From Candidatus Heimdallarchaeota archaeon (GTDB taxonomy: Archaea > Asgardarchaeota > Heimdallarchaeia > Hodarchaeales > Hodarchaeaceae), in assembly GCA_019057635.1 (NCBI GenBank), contig DXJL01000113.1:32001-96000 (forward strand): DNA of 64,000 nt. The letters run 5' to 3'. The notes under the pieces were generated by a model. The model was not told where the DNA came from, did no database searches, and saw only the letters and a program-made list of their open reading frames with translations. Made by a program: the position numbers and the translations under genes. This document shows, in pieces, positions 59,207 through 64,000 of this stretch (the stretch's first letter is position 1; each line of letters begins with the position of its first letter).

Positions 59207-60328
59207 TTGCCACGATTACTTCTTTTGAACCATAAGGTGTGTTCACAAAAAATGATCATTGGTGTGATAGGATCAAGGGGAACAGTACCGACTGCAAATA
59301 ATGCCACAACGTCATTTTTGGTTGACAATAAATTTTTATTTGAATGTCCTTCAGAAATCGTTCAGTCTTTCCATAGGTTCCAGAAGAATTGGCTTAAAGT
59401 TATTGAAACTACAAAAAGCAGTGAACTTAAGGCTCTAGGTAGGCCAACTTTCGGTAAGATCTCATATATTATCCTTTCTCATCTTCATTTTGATCATTGG
59501 GGGGGACTCCCTCACATTTTACATCGTATTATGCTACTAGAAAGAGAAAAACGAGAAACTGAGCCATTAAATCTTGTAATACCTAAAGGTTCCACAATTC
59601 CTTTACAGCAACGCATGAAACAGGCATTCTCGCTTGATGACTCAAGTTTTCCACTCCTGGATGATGAATTTCTATATAGGTTCCTTGCTATAGAAGTAGG
59701 ATCTATTATAACTAAAGTTTTGAAGATTAAAGTGATTGAGGTTGGAGAAATAATTACTCCAGAATCAGGATACACTCTTAGCTGTGAACATAATTTTCAT
59801 CTTCCACAAGGATCTGTTGCTTATAAAATTTCTTTTAACAAAGTGAAACTTGATGTGAAAAAAGCTCAACAATTAGGAATTCCCTTCAATTCAACTCTCA
59901 GACAAATTGAGGAAAGTAACTACCCTATACAAATTGAAGGAAATTCCATCAAACGATCAGATATTTTTCGGGATATAAAGGTTGTTCTTGGATATTCCGG
60001 AGATACTGCCCTTAATTCTAAAATTCTTGAATTTTTTTCCGATTGTAACGTGATCATTCATGAAACGACTTATTTAGATTATGATGATAGTTATCATCTT
60101 GACCTACACACTGACCTTCAATCATTAGTTGAGGCATTAGTAGACTTCAAAGATTTATTTCTCCTTTTACCCATTCATTTTTCAATCCGTCATAATTCTA
60201 AGGAAATTAAACAAGCAATAGATCGAATTGAGAAGAAAGAATTCATGATTAGCAATACGATGACCACATTTATTATTCACGTGAATGAAGAATCGATTGT
60301 TGCCTTATATGAAAAATCGAGTTCATGA
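59207..60328 (+). CDS. RNase Z-like metallo-beta-lactamase (start likely 59252)
   Basis: G..GTVP, SHLHFDH, exosite-like insert, YSGDT, HETT and HFS.R motifs. Confidence 0.8.
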   Translation: MPRLLLLNHKVCSQKMIIGVIGSRGTVPTANNATTSFLVDNKFLFECPSEIVQSFHRFQKNWLKVIETTKSSELKALGRPTFGKISYIILSHLHFDHWGGLPHILHRIMLLEREKRETEPLNLVIPKGSTIPLQQRMKQAFSLDDSSFPLLDDEFLYRFLAIEVGSIITKVLKIKVIEVGEIITPESGYTLSCEHNFHLPQGSVAYKISFNKVKLDVKKAQQLGIPFNSTLRQIEESNYPIQIEGNSIKRSDIFRDIKVVLGYSGDTALNSKILEFFSDCNVIIHETTYLDYDDSYHLDLHTDLQSLVEALVDFKDLFLLLPIHFSIRHNSKEIKQAIDRIEKKEFMISNTMTTFIIHVNEESIVALYEKSSS

Positions 60329-61198
60329 AATATTTTCAAACCAAAGAGGTAAATTTGAATAACCAGCTTCTTTGGCGATTTTCCTGAAGAGTTTTACAGT
60401 TCCTGACCCATATTGAAGTGCTTTTTTAGGCTGATTGAAAATTTTTGGCGATAGTCCAAGATTTTCAGCCAACTTCCTAAGAAGAGCTTTTCGTATTGGT
60501 TGATCTTTATTTTCTATAATATGTTTCCTTATTGGTATAGATTGCGCAAATTTAATCACAGTGGGGGAAAGAAAAGGATATACTAGGGTTATTCCAACAA
60601 GTCTTGCAATCTGTTTCTCCATTATCGTCTGATCAGTGACAAGTGAAAGTAAATCATTATGCATCATTTTACTTACCTCTGCTTCCTTAGACTCTCTGTA
60701 CAGCTCAGCGTACTTCTTGTATCCTCCAAAAAGTTCATCTGCTCCCTGTCCTAGAAAAACAACTCTGACATCCTTCTGAGATAAAAACTTCAAACCCACA
60801 AATAAGGGAATCGCAATAGCTAGCTTCCCTACGTCAGAAACCACATTCATCTCAAAAATTCTTTCAATTGCCGAATTAACTACAGAAGAGTCTAACAAAC
60901 AGACATTAAGTTCAAATCCTAATTCTCGAGCCCCATTCAAGGCATTTTGGACATCATGGCTTTCTTTAGCTCCAACTGTGACAGGTTTTATTCTTTTTAT
61001 ACCTATTTCTTCAATTAGAATCTTTATTATAATTGAGGAGTCGATTCCCCCGCTGTAAAGGATACCTACCTCTTCAATACTAAGATTTTGATTAATAAAA
61101 TCACTTAAATAGTCTTTTAATTGATTCAAGATAATTCTCCACCAGGACTCCTGACAACAAATTGTGTTTTGATGGTTTCCAATATAAAAAATGAACAA
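60323..61198 (-). CDS. Asparagine synthase C-terminal-domain protein (no glutaminase domain)
   Basis: SGGIDSS, GQGADELFGGY and K.ALQYGSG motifs. Confidence 0.88.
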   Translation of the reverse strand: MFIFYIGNHQNTICCQESWWRIILNQLKDYLSDFINQNLSIEEVGILYSGGIDSSIIIKILIEEIGIKRIKPVTVGAKESHDVQNALNGARELGFELNVCLLDSSVVNSAIERIFEMNVVSDVGKLAIAIPLFVGLKFLSQKDVRVVFLGQGADELFGGYKKYAELYRESKEAEVSKMMHNDLLSLVTDQTIMEKQIARLVGITLVYPFLSPTVIKFAQSIPIRKHIIENKDQPIRKALLRKLAENLGLSPKIFNQPKKALQYGSGTVKLFRKIAKEAGYSNLPLWFENIS

Positions 61199-61272
61199 CG
61201 CTCATTATATATTTCTGACGCAAAAAATTTATCACTTATTAAAAATTCTAAGAGATTCGATTATTAGGTACC

Positions 61273-61968
61273 GTGGATAAGTGTGAATACAACGTGTCGA
61301 ATTCCATCCCCAAAAAAGGTTTACGAAAGAAATATGAGGCTTTTTTTGCCCCATTTGGTAAGTTCTTAGCGAACACTTGGATAACTCCAAACATGATTTC
61401 CATCTTGAGTGTTGGAGTTAGTATTTGTAGTTGTATTGCGTATTCTTTGGGATCTTTGATAGGAGCAAGCTTAGGATTGTTAGTTGGTACTTTTTTGCTT
61501 GGAGTTTCTTCATTATTAGATATGATGGATGGAAGTCTAGCAAGAGCTAAGGGGATTGCCGGTCACTTTGGGGCATTATTAGATCGGACTTTAGATAGAC
61601 TTTCAGAATTTTTCTTTTTGTTCGGTATTATGATTGGAGGATATGTTACCCCTGAATTGGTATTTTTTTGCTTTGAAGGAATGATCCTTGCAAGCTATGT
61701 GCGTTCGACTGCAGAACTTCGTGGTGGCTTAAATATGGATTCTACCAAAGGTATCTTTGAAAGAAAAGAGAAATTAACACTTTTAGCCATTGGCTGCCTT
61801 TTAGAGATTCTAATCATCGAAAATATCTTCTCGGATCTCTGGTCTTTCACCAATTTTGGCATTCTTTCAGTTATTGTCTTGATAATTGGTATTGCCTCGA
61901 ATATATCGGCATTTCAGCGTCTCCTCTATGCCCGAGATTATCATGCCACTCACGATATAAGTAAGTGA
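61273..61968 (+). CDS. CDP-alcohol phosphatidyltransferase (archaetidylinositol-phosphate synthase-like)
   Basis: TPN and D..DG.LAR......FGALLD..LD motifs; SYVR..AE. Confidence 0.92.
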   Translation: MDKCEYNVSNSIPKKGLRKKYEAFFAPFGKFLANTWITPNMISILSVGVSICSCIAYSLGSLIGASLGLLVGTFLLGVSSLLDMMDGSLARAKGIAGHFGALLDRTLDRLSEFFFLFGIMIGGYVTPELVFFCFEGMILASYVRSTAELRGGLNMDSTKGIFERKEKLTLLAIGCLLEILIIENIFSDLWSFTNFGILSVIVLIIGIASNISAFQRLLYARDYHATHDISK

Positions 61969-61983
61969 AATCTCTAGACTAGG

Positions 61984-63285
61984 CTAGAATTTTCGTTTGG
62001 GGTTCTTAATCTTGATTTTCTTTTTGCAAATTGGACAAAACCCACGAATTTTCAGCCATTCTGCGAGATGTGAATAATGTGCGGGTGATCCACACTCAGG
62101 ACACCTTACTAATCTAGTTATGTCGGTAACTTTCGTTCGACATACTGAACAGTTCTCCTCAACTCTTTGATCGGTAGGAAAAACAGATTCAGCTGATAGG
62201 AAAGTCGAACCGCCAGATGAAACAGCTTCGATATTCTTCGCACGAACTTGGAATGATTTTGCAGCTTGCTTTGATCTCACTAGTTCTGCAGCTTGTCGAT
62301 AAAGAGAAGCTGAGTAGGTAGGATTATGTTCCTCATTAGCTAAAGCAGCCTCTGCGTATACAAATCCAGGTACTTCATCACCAAAGCTTTCGACAAGTTC
62401 TTCATAGAGAGCTACAGATTGATTGAGATTTTTCTTTCTTAGGAGATCTCTAGCTGAATCCAAAACCTTCAATCGTCTATCAAATTCTTGTATTTTCTCT
62501 CTTATTTTTTGATTTTCGTTTTCAGTTTCTCCCTCGTTTTCCTCGGTTAAATTACTTAACAGTCCATTTGTGATACTTAAGGAACGTCTAACTTGTTCAA
62601 TGTCTCCGCTTGTGAAGCTTTTTTGAATATCACGAATATATCGATTTAATGCTTTTTTTGGATGACTCGTCGTAGAAAGATATTCTTTGGCTAATGAGTC
62701 AAAACCCTGCTTTTTTAATTCTGAAGCGGCTGCAATCAGTACAGTATTTGCTTCCTCTTCAGCTCCCATTGCTCTAAGAAGCTCTGAAGCCTCAAGGAAC
62801 TTTTGATTGGAATAAGCATGCCGAGCTAAATTCCTTATTGCTTGGTCACGATTATGGATAAACTGTGAGTTTTGATCAATGACTTGGATTGCTGCTGGAA
62901 TAAAATCAGTTCCTCCAATGTCAATATAGGCTTTTGCTGCTGCAAAAGGTTTTCTGGCAAAAATAAATGCTTTAGAGGATTTGTGAGGATCGTTCTTTGC
63001 TCCATAAATCCGAGCCAGATTAAGAAAGGCTCTTTCGATGTTTCGAGGAGGAAATTTTCTCTCCATACTTCTGAGCGCTAAAATTTGAGAAGCTTCTGGT
63101 GTTCGCATTACCATATCTGCTGCTTGACTTATCGAAATTTTTGAGTATATCTCCAAAGCGTCTAGATATCTTCCTTGCTGTTCTAAATTGATTGCATTTT
63201 GTACTCGTTTACCTTTAGAGCCCCAAATTTTACGTATAAATATTATTACGACCCCAATTATAATTAGATATATTATGGTATCCAT
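61984..63285 (-). CDS. Membrane-anchored alpha-solenoid protein with C-terminal RING
   Basis: N-terminal TM, Ala-rich helical repeats, CSVC..CPEC...H..HL.EW.....CPIC. Confidence 0.82.
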   Translation of the reverse strand: MDTIIYLIIIGVVIIFIRKIWGSKGKRVQNAINLEQQGRYLDALEIYSKISISQAADMVMRTPEASQILALRSMERKFPPRNIERAFLNLARIYGAKNDPHKSSKAFIFARKPFAAAKAYIDIGGTDFIPAAIQVIDQNSQFIHNRDQAIRNLARHAYSNQKFLEASELLRAMGAEEEANTVLIAAASELKKQGFDSLAKEYLSTTSHPKKALNRYIRDIQKSFTSGDIEQVRRSLSITNGLLSNLTEENEGETENENQKIREKIQEFDRRLKVLDSARDLLRKKNLNQSVALYEELVESFGDEVPGFVYAEAALANEEHNPTYSASLYRQAAELVRSKQAAKSFQVRAKNIEAVSSGGSTFLSAESVFPTDQRVEENCSVCRTKVTDITRLVRCPECGSPAHYSHLAEWLKIRGFCPICKKKIKIKNPKRKF

Positions 63286-63686
63286 TTACGAAAATTACCA
63301 CCGAAAAGATTAGTTAATTTATCCAAACACCTGATTTCAAAGGTCTTGGCAAATTTCTACAACGTATTGTTCACTGAAAGACTCGACAACCTAAATGTGG
63401 TGCTTTGTATAATTATTTACTTTCAAATTTTTAAGATTTTTCTGTTTCGGAATATGTGATTCCAGTTCCTATGTTTGTGGACGAAATCCTAGCATGAATG
63501 TATTTCTAAATGTGAATAAAAAAGTTAACCGAACTATTTTGATAGAAATAGCGAGTTCTCTCTTCTATTCAACATTTTCTTCGGAATCTGTACAATAAGG
63601 CATTCAGTCATGATATCTGGAAGACATGCTTCTATTAATTCTAAAATTGGAGATCTCTATTTGTTAAAGAATAGAAGGAAAATACT

Positions 63687-63992
63687 ATGTCTTCTTGGCA
63701 ATCATTCTTCAATCAGCTTACAAAACCCTCAAAACAGGACAATCAAGCATCTTATGATATTATATGTCAATGTGAGAAAGGGAAATTGATAGTCATAAAT
63801 GGTTCTAACTTCGAAACCTCTACCAACTGTTCTATGGATTTATTTTGCAGTATCATTCAGATAGACAAACATCGAGCTAAAACCTTTAATAATAAAATAA
63901 CCATTATTCCATGGAAGTCAGGAATGGATGAAGAAGATCCCCATGATAAGATAATCTCACTTGATCATTTGCTGGAGAAAAAGGAAATTTAA
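63687..63992 (+). CDS. Hypothetical protein
   Basis: 101-aa ATG ORF; no recognisable motif. Confidence 0.45.
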   Translation: MSSWQSFFNQLTKPSKQDNQASYDIICQCEKGKLIVINGSNFETSTNCSMDLFCSIIQIDKHRAKTFNNKITIIPWKSGMDEEDPHDKIISLDHLLEKKEI

Positions 63993-64000
63993 TATGATCA

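Overview
This is a gene-dense, AT-rich archaeal core-genome segment, most consistent with an Asgard archaeon, probably Heimdallarchaeia/Hodarchaeales-like. That assignment is an inference from PolB1, Rpo8, eL41, Get3, TRAP-beta, a eukaryote-like Sec61beta, RPA32/RPA14-like genes and a membrane RING protein. It holds mainly informational genes (ribosomal proteins, TBP/TFB, TFS, Rpo7/Spt4, KEOPS, box C/D and H/ACA proteins, two EndA paralogs), four tRNAs (three with introns), folate and lipid enzymes, and an H+-PPase. Four small genes are missing from the ORF track (eS31/S27ae, Sec61beta, eL41 and a 48-aa membrane peptide), and one GT2 gene appears to start at ATT. Highlights: (1) two polyproline proteins share a C-terminal amphipathic helix, and one has a WAVE/WASH-like layout of coil, polyPro, helix and Trp-acidic tail, so these are candidate actin/profilin regulators; (2) a ~470-bp non-autonomous IS607-family element retains a TnpB omegaRNA but has no protein gene; (3) a catalytically degenerate LAGLIDADG domain is fused to a coiled coil and a winged helix; (4) a membrane-anchored alpha-solenoid protein ends in a RING domain; (5) a protein carries three winged-helix repeats. 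All family calls come from motif recognition by eye; no database searches were run.
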